Below, piece after piece: positions 46,145 through 54,563 of a stretch of DNA of 64,000 nucleotides; position 1 is the first letter of the stretch, and each line of letters opens with the position of its first letter. The notes below the pieces were generated by a model. The model did no database searches. It saw nothing but the letters and a program-made list of their open reading frames with translations, and was not told where the DNA came from. The DNA comes from a virus (taxonomy: Duplodnaviria > Caudoviricetes): positions 96,001 through 160,000 of the IMG/VR virus record IMGVR_UViG_3300005259_000074. One strand, written 5' to 3'. The translations under genes were made by a program, and so were the position numbers.

Positions 46145-49100
46145 ATGCTTAAGTACTTCCCCAAGAAGGGCGAAGATTTCTCTACTACGGCGAAAGCCAA
46201 AGAGTTCTCCATAAACCAAGTGTGGCAGAACTACGACGAACTGTGGAACTTCGTCTCGGGGTCTACTGAGGGCATAGGCTCTCTGGTGTTTGAACACGTG
46301 TCTAACTTCGTGCAGAACATAAGAGACATCGAGACGTGCGGCTTACACCAATTGTACTCAATGGCGTCCGAGCTAGACGTCTCTCAAGTGTTCTCCTATG
46401 ACTTGGAGTACCCATACCATCTCGAAAGACTCATGGACGAACTCTCCATCAGTAGATCTCATTTACTGTGTTCCGGAAGTGTCCTGCAGGACGGAGTCAT
46501 CAGTCAACTGTACACTGATGTAGGCTCACAGGTCAGCTCTATCGTCTGGTATTCTCCGTCTGGCTACGTGACTTCGGGATACATTCCGGGCGCTGTCAGC
46601 GCAGTTGTGTACAGCAATGTCATCGTAGACTCTACGTACTTGACCGACGTGATAGAGGGGTCAATCAGCGCTAACTTAGCGTACTACGCAAACCAATCGC
46701 TATATGCGTCAGGTGCGATGTCCGGCGTAGCAGCTGACTACTTAGGTTTCATGTCGGAGATATACAGCATCCCATCCGCGTTCACTTTCACTGCGTCTAA
46801 CAGCGCACAGGTGGTGATGGACTGCACTCACACACTGCGCAACATCGCAGTAAAAGCCTCGTATCAGCGAGAGACATTAAAACGACTGGCGCAGAAGTTC
46901 GCAATGATAGGAACTACCAATGCCATCGAGAAGATCATCGGCGAATACATACTCAGGGGGTTCACCCGCAAAGATGACTGGCGGCTGTACGTCACCCCAT
47001 CGGGCTCCGGACAGTCTAACTTAACTAACTTGTCGTACGCCCTGGAGTCTCACCTACCTCGTTTGACAGACATCAATTCTTATTTCAACGTAGACGTAGT
47101 CGAGTACTACGACACCACAGAATACTTGAACGTGTCTGCTGAGTCTGCGCCTAATTATATCGCGCAGTATTCCAGTGGATACCTCACGTCTTCATGGATC
47201 GACATCAGTGGTAATTTGTGTGAAGTGCAGTACATGTCCCCATCAGCAGTCGTCGCGTGGGTGCCGTCTGGTTACGTCGTCACTGGAGGCAACTCGAGGT
47301 TCTGGGAAGGAGATGTGTTTAGCGACTCAACTTATATGACTGATTGGACCGCTGACCAGATAAGTGGGTACTTCAGCTCTATGGGCCTCAGTGCGATGAC
47401 TCTTCCAGAAGCCACTGGATTCCATGCCTTCGTGTGGGACATCCTGGCTGCCAGCGGGTACAACCGCTACGCGGTGATCCCAGAGCTGACGGGTGTGCTG
47501 ACTCCGAAGTACGCAGCGACTCCTGTGAGCGGTTACGACAGCGTGCCGGCGAGTGGGTGGCTGACACCCAGGACTAGCCTGTCGGCAATGCACTTTAAGT
47601 ACATAGGAAATGCGTCTGGAGACACTCCGCCTGCCAATATCCAGAACTCGCTGTACCCGACTGTCGCTCCACAACCCTTCATATGGAACTTAGTCGAAAA
47701 GATATACCAAGACTATCCAGACCTCCTCTCGACGATACTAATGACGGAACAAGCTACAAGCGGGCAATGGTCTCAGATGGTAGACGCGTCTGGCAACTTA
47801 ATAGACTCTTGGAAATACTTCAACCATGAATACATGGGCTATCAAACCGCATACGAGCAGTCAGACAACCTGAACTGGGCGGAGACGATGGACCCCAACA
47901 TCGACAGAGATGGTCCGTTCAACCCCAATGCCTTGAGCGCTTTCATAACGTCTTACGATGGAACTTATGCGACTATACAGCAGACTCTGTCTGGCTACTT
48001 CGCGAGCATCTCCAAGGAGTACGCCACTTCCGGAGTGCCAACGTCGGTGTCGGCGCAGCTAGTCGACTACAGAGACGATATGTTAGCTCTATCAGGCATG
48101 ACCATAGCGCAGTACGGCTTCGACCAATACGACAACAACTACATTCTCTATAAGCAGTACGCAGGTTACGAGAACACTGGCACTATATGGATGAGGTACC
48201 GCAACCACCCTCTGCCGTTCCCGATGTGCGATGGACCTTACTCCAACTGGAGGGAGCAGCAGGTGTTCCTCTACGGAGGCCTCGGGATGGGCCTACAAGA
48301 CATCGTCAACGGCGGTTGCTACGACATGGGTCACATCGGAGATGTGATGTGGGTGTACGGGAGTCCGGCGTCTGGGGCTTCTGACAGGCTCTGCGTGTTC
48401 CACAATGACTATACGTGGTTTCCGTCGCCGTCAGCAGTCACACTGTTCTCGGTCGTCGTAGACAGCAACGGAGGAGACTTACCTCAGTACATTGACATCG
48501 ATAGAAAAAACTTCGTGGGGAGCTACTCGTTTCAAGACTGGCTGATATTCGTGCAGCTAATACCTACTTCTGGAGACATCACGGCCGGCGGAAACTTCGG
48601 AAATTTCAAGTTCAACCACTACAACACCATAACTCACGTGTTCGAAGACGCGCAGTTCACCAACTTGAACTTGCAGAACTTGCCTCCGCTGTACTACGCC
48701 GGCGACAACTCGCGTCCGTTCAGGCTGTCGGCTTCGCAGAGCATGGTGACCATAGCTTACGAGAGCGACAACTCCTCACACGCTGCTGAGTCGTACACCG
48801 GAGCGGGTTTTGCGAACGGCATAACGACGATAGACATCGACATCAACTCTCTCAGCGACGTTGCTGGCGCTTACACTGTGTTCGAATGGTACAGAGTGCT
48901 AGAGGACACGAGTGGGGAAGGGCCTTGCTATGGGCTGTGCAGCAGTTCTTCGTCTTCTGCTACGTCTAGTTCGTCTAGCTCTACGCACCCGACCCCACCT
49001 GGAATCTGGATATGGTGGGAAGCTGGAGGCTCTTCTTCATCCTCATCCTCATCTTCGTCATCGAGCAGCTCTAGCAGTCATTCATCGTCGAGCAGCTCTA

Positions 49101-49438
49101 ACTCGAGTTCATCGTCATCGAGTTCTAGCAGCGAGTCAGTGTCTAGCAGTTCATCTTCAAGTTCTTCGACTGACCCTGCGACCATCTGTTATTTCGGCGT
49201 ACTAACGTGGGGAACTAACTCAACAGATCCGTTGAACGGAGGATGTGCTAACGGTGGACAAGCTGGTTGTTGCAACGATGCGACAATGACGAGTAGTTGG
49301 CCAAAGGTCGTCCCGGGCGTTGTCACATACATCGAGAGCGGTTATTTCGCTGGTTGTCACGTCATGCTCTTACCATGCGGTTATAGCTGTGCAAGAGTTT
49401 ATGATCATCCTGAGTGGCCTTGCACCTGCTCGTGTTAA
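46145..49438 (+). CDS. large baseplate wedge-like protein (gp7-like) with poly-Ser linkers and a Cys-rich tip
   Basis: NFVQNIRDIETC..HQLYSMASEL and LAQKFAMIGT..AIE..I motifs; position after gp6 and the fibres. Confidence 0.55.
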   Translation: MLKYFPKKGEDFSTTAKAKEFSINQVWQNYDELWNFVSGSTEGIGSLVFEHVSNFVQNIRDIETCGLHQLYSMASELDVSQVFSYDLEYPYHLERLMDELSISRSHLLCSGSVLQDGVISQLYTDVGSQVSSIVWYSPSGYVTSGYIPGAVSAVVYSNVIVDSTYLTDVIEGSISANLAYYANQSLYASGAMSGVAADYLGFMSEIYSIPSAFTFTASNSAQVVMDCTHTLRNIAVKASYQRETLKRLAQKFAMIGTTNAIEKIIGEYILRGFTRKDDWRLYVTPSGSGQSNLTNLSYALESHLPRLTDINSYFNVDVVEYYDTTEYLNVSAESAPNYIAQYSSGYLTSSWIDISGNLCEVQYMSPSAVVAWVPSGYVVTGGNSRFWEGDVFSDSTYMTDWTADQISGYFSSMGLSAMTLPEATGFHAFVWDILAASGYNRYAVIPELTGVLTPKYAATPVSGYDSVPASGWLTPRTSLSAMHFKYIGNASGDTPPANIQNSLYPTVAPQPFIWNLVEKIYQDYPDLLSTILMTEQATSGQWSQMVDASGNLIDSWKYFNHEYMGYQTAYEQSDNLNWAETMDPNIDRDGPFNPNALSAFITSYDGTYATIQQTLSGYFASISKEYATSGVPTSVSAQLVDYRDDMLALSGMTIAQYGFDQYDNNYILYKQYAGYENTGTIWMRYRNHPLPFPMCDGPYSNWREQQVFLYGGLGMGLQDIVNGGCYDMGHIGDVMWVYGSPASGASDRLCVFHNDYTWFPSPSAVTLFSVVVDSNGGDLPQYIDIDRKNFVGSYSFQDWLIFVQLIPTSGDITAGGNFGNFKFNHYNTITHVFEDAQFTNLNLQNLPPLYYAGDNSRPFRLSASQSMVTIAYESDNSSHAAESYTGAGFANGITTIDIDINSLSDVAGAYTVFEWYRVLEDTSGEGPCYGLCSSSSSSATSSSSSSTHPTPPGIWIWWEAGGSSSSSSSSSSSSSSSSHSSSSSSNSSSSSSSSSSESVSSSSSSSSSTDPATICYFGVLTWGTNSTDPLNGGCANGGQAGCCNDATMTSSWPKVVPGVVTYIESGYFAGCHVMLLPCGYSCARVYDHPEWPCTCSC

Positions 49439-49546
49439 ATAAACACAAATGGGAGACTATTTCACAATGAAAGAAAATTTAAGGATATGATCCGATATTG
49501 TCATTTTATGACTACGTGTGCATCAAACGTAATTAACTTTTCTGAG

Positions 49547-49554
49547 AATAAATA
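49547..49554 (+). promoter_or_regulatory. late promoter AATAAATA
   Basis: In an AT-rich spacer upstream of the HAD gene. Confidence 0.55.
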
Positions 49555-49584
49555 CCCTTAGACAGAATCAACTGCGAGAACATA

Positions 49585-50163
49585 ATGAAATTTTTCGACA
49601 TTTTAACTGAGTTGACTCTCTCAGAGTCTTTCAGTGACAACGCATACGTCTTTGACTTCGACGACACGCTGTTTCACACTGACTGTAAGATAGAGGTTAG
49701 AGACAAGAAGACTGGCGGAGTGGTCAAGCGCTTGTCGTCGGCTCAGTTCAACCACTACAAGTTGGACTCAGGAGAGGAATTCGACTTCTCGGAATTCGAA
49801 GACGTCTCGCGGATAATGGCTGGGAAACCTGCTAAGATGCTCAGAGCTGCGCAGAACATATCTGATGCAGTGACTAGCGGCAAATCCAATAGCGTCATCT
49901 ACGTGGTCACTGCGAGAGCTGGAATGGGGACAGAAGACGCTATAACGTCTGTGTTGAACAAACACGGTGTCTTCGTCAAGCGAGAGAACGTGTACGCGGC
50001 CGGTAACACTGCCAAAGACACTGGGGACATCCCCACTGAGAAGTCTAAGATTGTGAAGAGCATCCGTGAGAGACACGGAGGTAAGATAATGTTCTACGAC
50101 GACAGCTCGGCCAACGTGGCCGCTGTCAAGGATGTCAAAGGCGTCAACGCCAGAAAAGTCTGA
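49585..50163 (+). CDS. HAD-superfamily phosphatase
   Basis: YVFDFDDTLF (motif I), VVTAR (II), K (III), FYDDSSAN (IV). Confidence 0.85.
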   Translation: MKFFDILTELTLSESFSDNAYVFDFDDTLFHTDCKIEVRDKKTGGVVKRLSSAQFNHYKLDSGEEFDFSEFEDVSRIMAGKPAKMLRAAQNISDAVTSGKSNSVIYVVTARAGMGTEDAITSVLNKHGVFVKRENVYAAGNTAKDTGDIPTEKSKIVKSIRERHGGKIMFYDDSSANVAAVKDVKGVNARKV

Positions 50164-51622
50164 GATAGTGTCTACAAAGAGACTGAAACTGGAGAATTTC
50201 GCTTCCGGCCCAGGCGCTAAGCAGTTCGTCTTAACGACTACTTATATGCTCGGATCGGCTGCCATACCCCTGTCTTCCGACGTGTTCTTCGCCGGACAGG
50301 ACGGGTACGCGTTAGAAGCTACTCCGGCGAACGTGTACCAGGGGTATGGCTCAGACTCCACGATATACAGCCAGAACTTCTTCTTCAGAGACTACTCCGT
50401 GATGAATCCGGACGCAGCTCTCAGTGGAGTGGGGCTGACCGTCCGCCCGAACAGAGCCTCAGCTAAAGACTTAGTGCAATTCGGTGACTACTCATTCTTA
50501 TTGACTAACGACACAGTGTCAGGACTGTTCTTCGCTGCGCAAACTACGCCCGACTCGGCTGTCTCAGGATGCGTCAGAGAAGACAACTTAGTGGTGACAT
50601 ACGCCCCTTCAGCTACATCAGACGACCCAGAGATAGACATCATATACAGAGACGTCTCGTTCAACGCCAGCACAGAAGAACCTGACTTGATATTCGCGTC
50701 TCTAGACACATCTGGTTACACTATCTACGTCAAAGACGCAGTGCTGTCTGGAGACTCTGCGTACGCGATCCCGGGGGCGAGTGGCATTCCTTTCGCGTGG
50801 ATGTTAGAGTACGATCTCAAGAACGAAGCTATATTTCCCGAGCCAGCTCAAGTATTCGGAAAAGCTGACGGCACTACTTTCGTATGGAATACACTAGTTA
50901 AAGAAGCTGATGCAGAAGTATATTCACCTAACGCATCAGCAGACACCATATCGAAGATACTGGTGAATCCGTTCGCTCTGAAGAATATGTACAATTACGA
51001 CTGGAACGTTGAGGGAGACAGAGACACCGGAAAATTGACTGGTGTCAGAAACTACGTGAAGTGTGGAAAAGCTCAGAATCAGATGTGGATGAGTTATCGT
51101 TATTTCCGAGATGAAGAAGATGTAACGCAAAACTACGAATACATCGAGAGGACAGCAGGACTCTATAAGTTCCAACCAGCTAATGGTCATAAGAGCAACA
51201 TATACTCAGTGAGGATCAACAACTCGGGGTTAACCGACGATCAGAGAGAACCAACAGAAACGAGGACCGCTAAAGAACAGCTGCGCACTATCATTGAACA
51301 AGTCATCAAAAATGCTGTTAAAAAGATAGCTCCTGTCAACACTCACTTGTGGATGGTCGACTGGAAAGGACAAACGCTCGTTACTCAATCGAGCAGTTCG
51401 TCGAGTAGCAGTTCATCCAGTTCGTTATCTTCTAGCAGCTCTTCAAACAGCTTCAGCTCCAGTTCGTCAAGCAGTTTCAGCAGTAGTTCTAGCAGCTTTT
51501 CGTCGTCTAGCTCGTTCTCGAGCAGTTCTTCGAGCAGTTTCTCATCGTCTAGTTCTTCTGAGAGTTCGTCTAGTAGCTCATCATCCAGTTCTTCTGAGAG
51601 TTCTAGCAGCAGTTCTATTTGA
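50132..51622 (+). CDS. virion structural protein with a 76-residue Ser-rich C-terminal tail
   Basis: IIEQVIKNAVKKIAPVNTHL resembles baseplate-wedge C-termini; the true start may be the GTG at about 50168. Confidence 0.6.
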   Translation: MSKASTPEKSEIVSTKRLKLENFASGPGAKQFVLTTTYMLGSAAIPLSSDVFFAGQDGYALEATPANVYQGYGSDSTIYSQNFFFRDYSVMNPDAALSGVGLTVRPNRASAKDLVQFGDYSFLLTNDTVSGLFFAAQTTPDSAVSGCVREDNLVVTYAPSATSDDPEIDIIYRDVSFNASTEEPDLIFASLDTSGYTIYVKDAVLSGDSAYAIPGASGIPFAWMLEYDLKNEAIFPEPAQVFGKADGTTFVWNTLVKEADAEVYSPNASADTISKILVNPFALKNMYNYDWNVEGDRDTGKLTGVRNYVKCGKAQNQMWMSYRYFRDEEDVTQNYEYIERTAGLYKFQPANGHKSNIYSVRINNSGLTDDQREPTETRTAKEQLRTIIEQVIKNAVKKIAPVNTHLWMVDWKGQTLVTQSSSSSSSSSSSSLSSSSSSNSFSSSSSSSFSSSSSSFSSSSSFSSSSSSSFSSSSSSESSSSSSSSSSSESSSSSSI

Positions 51623-51686
51623 GAATTCAGTAGTGACATACTTCTATGATTTCTAAGACTGTTGCGTGAGTTAGTTTAACAAAAAA

Positions 51687-51694
51687 GATAAATA
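51687..51694 (+). promoter_or_regulatory. late promoter GATAAATA
   Basis: Upstream of the tail-collar gene. Confidence 0.6.
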
Positions 51695-51727
51695 GAGGAT
51701 AACAACACCTCTGGAGGCACTTCTAAC

Positions 51728-52393
51728 ATGTCTATCATCGAAGTCGAACTTAAGACTGTCGCTCCGCGGAAGTGGACTGGAAATTTTGGCCAGTCTGCTC
51801 CGACTATCGACTCTTCTACTGGCGTTAACATAGGAGACATAGCGGTCGACAGCAGCGCCGTGGAGTACGTGTGGACTTGTTTAGATGCTACTACTGGAGC
51901 TCCAGTGTGGCAGAAGATTCTGACGACAACTTATATAACGCAGAATGCTGCTCCAGCTGGAACAGTGAGTTATTTTGCGATGTCTTCACTTCCAACTGGA
52001 TGGTTGGAATGTAACGGAGCTGCAGTCAGCAGGACGACTTACGCTACACTGTTCGCGAACATCAGCACGACTTATGGCGCAGGTGACGGCACTAGCACGT
52101 TTAACTTACCAGACCTCCGGGGTTATTTTCTCCGTGGTTGGGACCATGGCGCAGGTGTCGATACCGGGAGGAACATCGGTACTTCACAACTAGATGGACT
52201 TGCAAGTCACAAACACACTACTACTCATACAACTCACGGTGCCAACAGAGGTGATCCTTCGCCTTATTGGTACGCTGGAGATGGTGATAACTTAGATCCA
52301 TCAACTTTTACTGTCACTTTCTATGAAGCGTCTGGTGGTGGTACAGAGACTCGGCCGAAGAACGTCGCTATGATGACGTGTATAAAGTACTGA
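51728..52393 (+). CDS. short tail fibre with phage tail-collar domain
   Basis: PAGTVSYFA....PTGWLECNGAAVSRTTYA.LF...YGAGDG.STFNLPDLRG.F.RGWD...ETRPKNVA. Confidence 0.9.
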   Translation: MSIIEVELKTVAPRKWTGNFGQSAPTIDSSTGVNIGDIAVDSSAVEYVWTCLDATTGAPVWQKILTTTYITQNAAPAGTVSYFAMSSLPTGWLECNGAAVSRTTYATLFANISTTYGAGDGTSTFNLPDLRGYFLRGWDHGAGVDTGRNIGTSQLDGLASHKHTTTHTTHGANRGDPSPYWYAGDGDNLDPSTFTVTFYEASGGGTETRPKNVAMMTCIKY

Positions 52394-52403
52394 GAGGAAG
52401 CAG

Positions 52404-53138
52404 ATGAGCAACTACAAACTAGCGTATAACTATGATTCACACGGTTTCTACTCCGGCCTCAGCCGGGCGTGGGAATCTCCTCTAGAACCAGGTGTGTATC
52501 ACATCCCCGGAGACTCGACTCTGACAGCCCCTCCTTCGGTTGCCGACGGCGCGATCGCGATGTGGACTGGATCAGCTTGGACTTCTGTAGAAGACAACAG
52601 AGGTAAGACTGCGTACAACGTCAAAGACGCGTCTCAGCAAGCTACAGTGCCAGAAACTAATGTCGTCCCCCTCGGTCTCACCGTCATCACTCCATCTTGT
52701 TCGAAAGAATTATTGAGTTCGTGCTCTTTCGACAGTTCGTCTGGGACGTGGACAGTGGATCCAGTCAAGGGAAGCGCAGCGAAGTACAAGAAGTTGTACT
52801 CGGACATCGACGTGAGGACAGCAGCTATACTGAAAACTGGGATGTCTTATGAGAACCAGATGTTCGCGTGCGACTCTCAGGGTCAGGCCGACGTAACAGC
52901 GCTATACTTGGAGTCTCAAGATACTTCTACGAGCTATCCAATCTCATTCTACAGTGGGACTGCGGTGTGGTCAGCTGCTTCAGCGAGCGATCTCATTGCA
53001 TTCTGCAGATCAGTGAAGGCATTCATCGGCGAAGTCAAAATGAAAGCGCTATCTCTCCGGAAAGAGATAGAACAACAGAGTGGAGAGTCGTACGCCGACT
53101 GGTTCGCTAGACTCCAAACGTGGACTGACCCAAGATAA
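52404..53138 (+). CDS. tail fibre assembly chaperone (Tfa-like, DUF4376-like C-terminus)
   Basis: ESPLEPGVYHIP..ST..APP...W.G..W..VEDNRG. Confidence 0.8.
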   Translation: MSNYKLAYNYDSHGFYSGLSRAWESPLEPGVYHIPGDSTLTAPPSVADGAIAMWTGSAWTSVEDNRGKTAYNVKDASQQATVPETNVVPLGLTVITPSCSKELLSSCSFDSSSGTWTVDPVKGSAAKYKKLYSDIDVRTAAILKTGMSYENQMFACDSQGQADVTALYLESQDTSTSYPISFYSGTAVWSAASASDLIAFCRSVKAFIGEVKMKALSLRKEIEQQSGESYADWFARLQTWTDPR

Positions 53139-53148
53139 GAAGATAAAC

Positions 53149-53700
53149 ATGACGTGGTACATCGGTGTCCCAGGTGGAGTGAAGTGGTTTAAGACCGACG
53201 TAGCTTCTACAGATCCAGCAGCCGCAGGCGGCACTCAGTGGACGAACGTAGACGTCGAAGCCGGCATAGAGCCGCTGGTGTACTACGATGCAGTAGCAGA
53301 CACGTTCGTTGTGCAGGGTGGAGGAGTCGCAGAAGCTGACGGGGTGTACACCATGGACACCGCTCTCAACTACCAGCTGACTGGCGCATTTAGCAGTTCT
53401 TCTAGCTCTTCTTTCAGCTCATCGTCCTCTAGCAGTTCTAGCAGCTTCTCGTCGTCGAGCAGCTCTGAGAGCTCATCGTCGTCGAGCAGCCAGTACAGCA
53501 ACTCGTCGACTTCTGGCAGTTCTCTCCAGCTAGTGATGTGGAGGAAGAGCGGAGCGGGAGTCTACTTAGGGTGCAACACGTATCTTTCTCTGCCGGCGTG
53601 GGCGTCTCTAGACAACTGGTTCTTGTACAGCGGATACTACTACTACTTCTCATACCAGTACATGCTGTATGATTGCTCTGCTTTACCTATCCCACCATAA
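53149..53700 (+). CDS. two-domain protein joined by a poly-Ser linker
   Basis: ATG 53149 follows the previous stop; Ser tract about 53392-53523; aromatic-rich C-terminal domain. Confidence 0.6.
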   Translation: MTWYIGVPGGVKWFKTDVASTDPAAAGGTQWTNVDVEAGIEPLVYYDAVADTFVVQGGGVAEADGVYTMDTALNYQLTGAFSSSSSSSFSSSSSSSSSSFSSSSSSESSSSSSSQYSNSSTSGSSLQLVMWRKSGAGVYLGCNTYLSLPAWASLDNWFLYSGYYYYFSYQYMLYDCSALPIPP

Positions 53701-53709
53701 CCACTCATG

Positions 53710-53717
53710 TATAAATA
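53710..53717 (+). promoter_or_regulatory. late promoter TATAAATA
   Basis: Exact T4 late consensus; heads glycosylation cluster B. Confidence 0.75.
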
Positions 53718-53747
53718 ACACTCGTTATCTAGTGTGGAGTAGCATGT

Positions 53748-54563
53748 ATGAGTGATCTCTTCAAGTTCGACCGATCAGTGTTTGTCGACGTAGACGACAA
53801 ACGAGTGCAGATGTTGTTAGACAGTTCTCTGTCCCAACTAGAATTCATAAAACTCATGAAAAACAGTGATCCTTGGGTAATCTCCAACGGAGAGCTGAAA
53901 CTATTGACTGAAAAAGACATCCAAGCTGGAAAAGACAGCTTCGCAAAATTCAGAAGGGGTGTCATCCAAAAGACAGGTGGAATCACACCTGATCTCATTA
54001 AGACTTATAAAGATCTGATAATCAGTGTATATCCCGAAATGACAATCCATTATGATAACACTGAGAAGGAGATATCAGAATCCGGGTGTCCAGAGTGCGC
54101 AATCAACGGAAAATATGCGAAACTTGTCGAGACTCTTGTGTCTCTAAAACCTGACGGCAGAGATTTGTCAAAGTTATCAATCTTAGGGGACACGCCTCTG
54201 AAGAAACTCAGAGGAGAAGAGATAGACCCATCTACGATAGTGATCGAATACCCAGAGGGAGTCGAGCGCAGCCTCCCGAAGATGAAGACCGGAAATTCGA
54301 AGAGCGCTCCAGCCGGCGTTGTCACAGGCATTTTTCAGAGGCCTTCGTGCAAGCTGTGTGTCGTCAAACACCTCGCGTACGCGTTCGAGTGCCTGAAAGA
54401 AGTAGCGGCGGGATACACACTCGAGCGCGGGCACGACCACTTCGCTCTCGCAGTAGCCAGCCTCGAGCACGCAGAGCAAGAAGCTCTGAAAGACGACGCC
54501 AACTTAGCTGAGAAGATAAGAGACTTCCGGAACAGGCTGGAGTCAAAGGTGTCGTGGAAATGA
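53748..54563 (+). CDS. hypothetical Cys/His-motif protein
   Basis: CPEC and CKLCVVKH...HDH...EH motifs. Confidence 0.6.
   Translation: MSDLFKFDRSVFVDVDDKRVQMLLDSSLSQLEFIKLMKNSDPWVISNGELKLLTEKDIQAGKDSFAKFRRGVIQKTGGITPDLIKTYKDLIISVYPEMTIHYDNTEKEISESGCPECAINGKYAKLVETLVSLKPDGRDLSKLSILGDTPLKKLRGEEIDPSTIVIEYPEGVERSLPKMKTGNSKSAPAGVVTGIFQRPSCKLCVVKHLAYAFECLKEVAAGYTLERGHDHFALAVASLEHAEQEALKDDANLAEKIRDFRNRLESKVSWK

Noticed and set aside
51385-51639. Leu/Glu-rich coiled-coil-looking ORF on the minus strand
   Set aside because: It is simply the reverse complement of the poly-Ser tract.
48941-53523. Poly-Ser tracts as phase-variable simple sequence repeats
   Set aside because: The codons are mixed TCN/AGY with no long perfect unit, so slipped-strand switching is unlikely.
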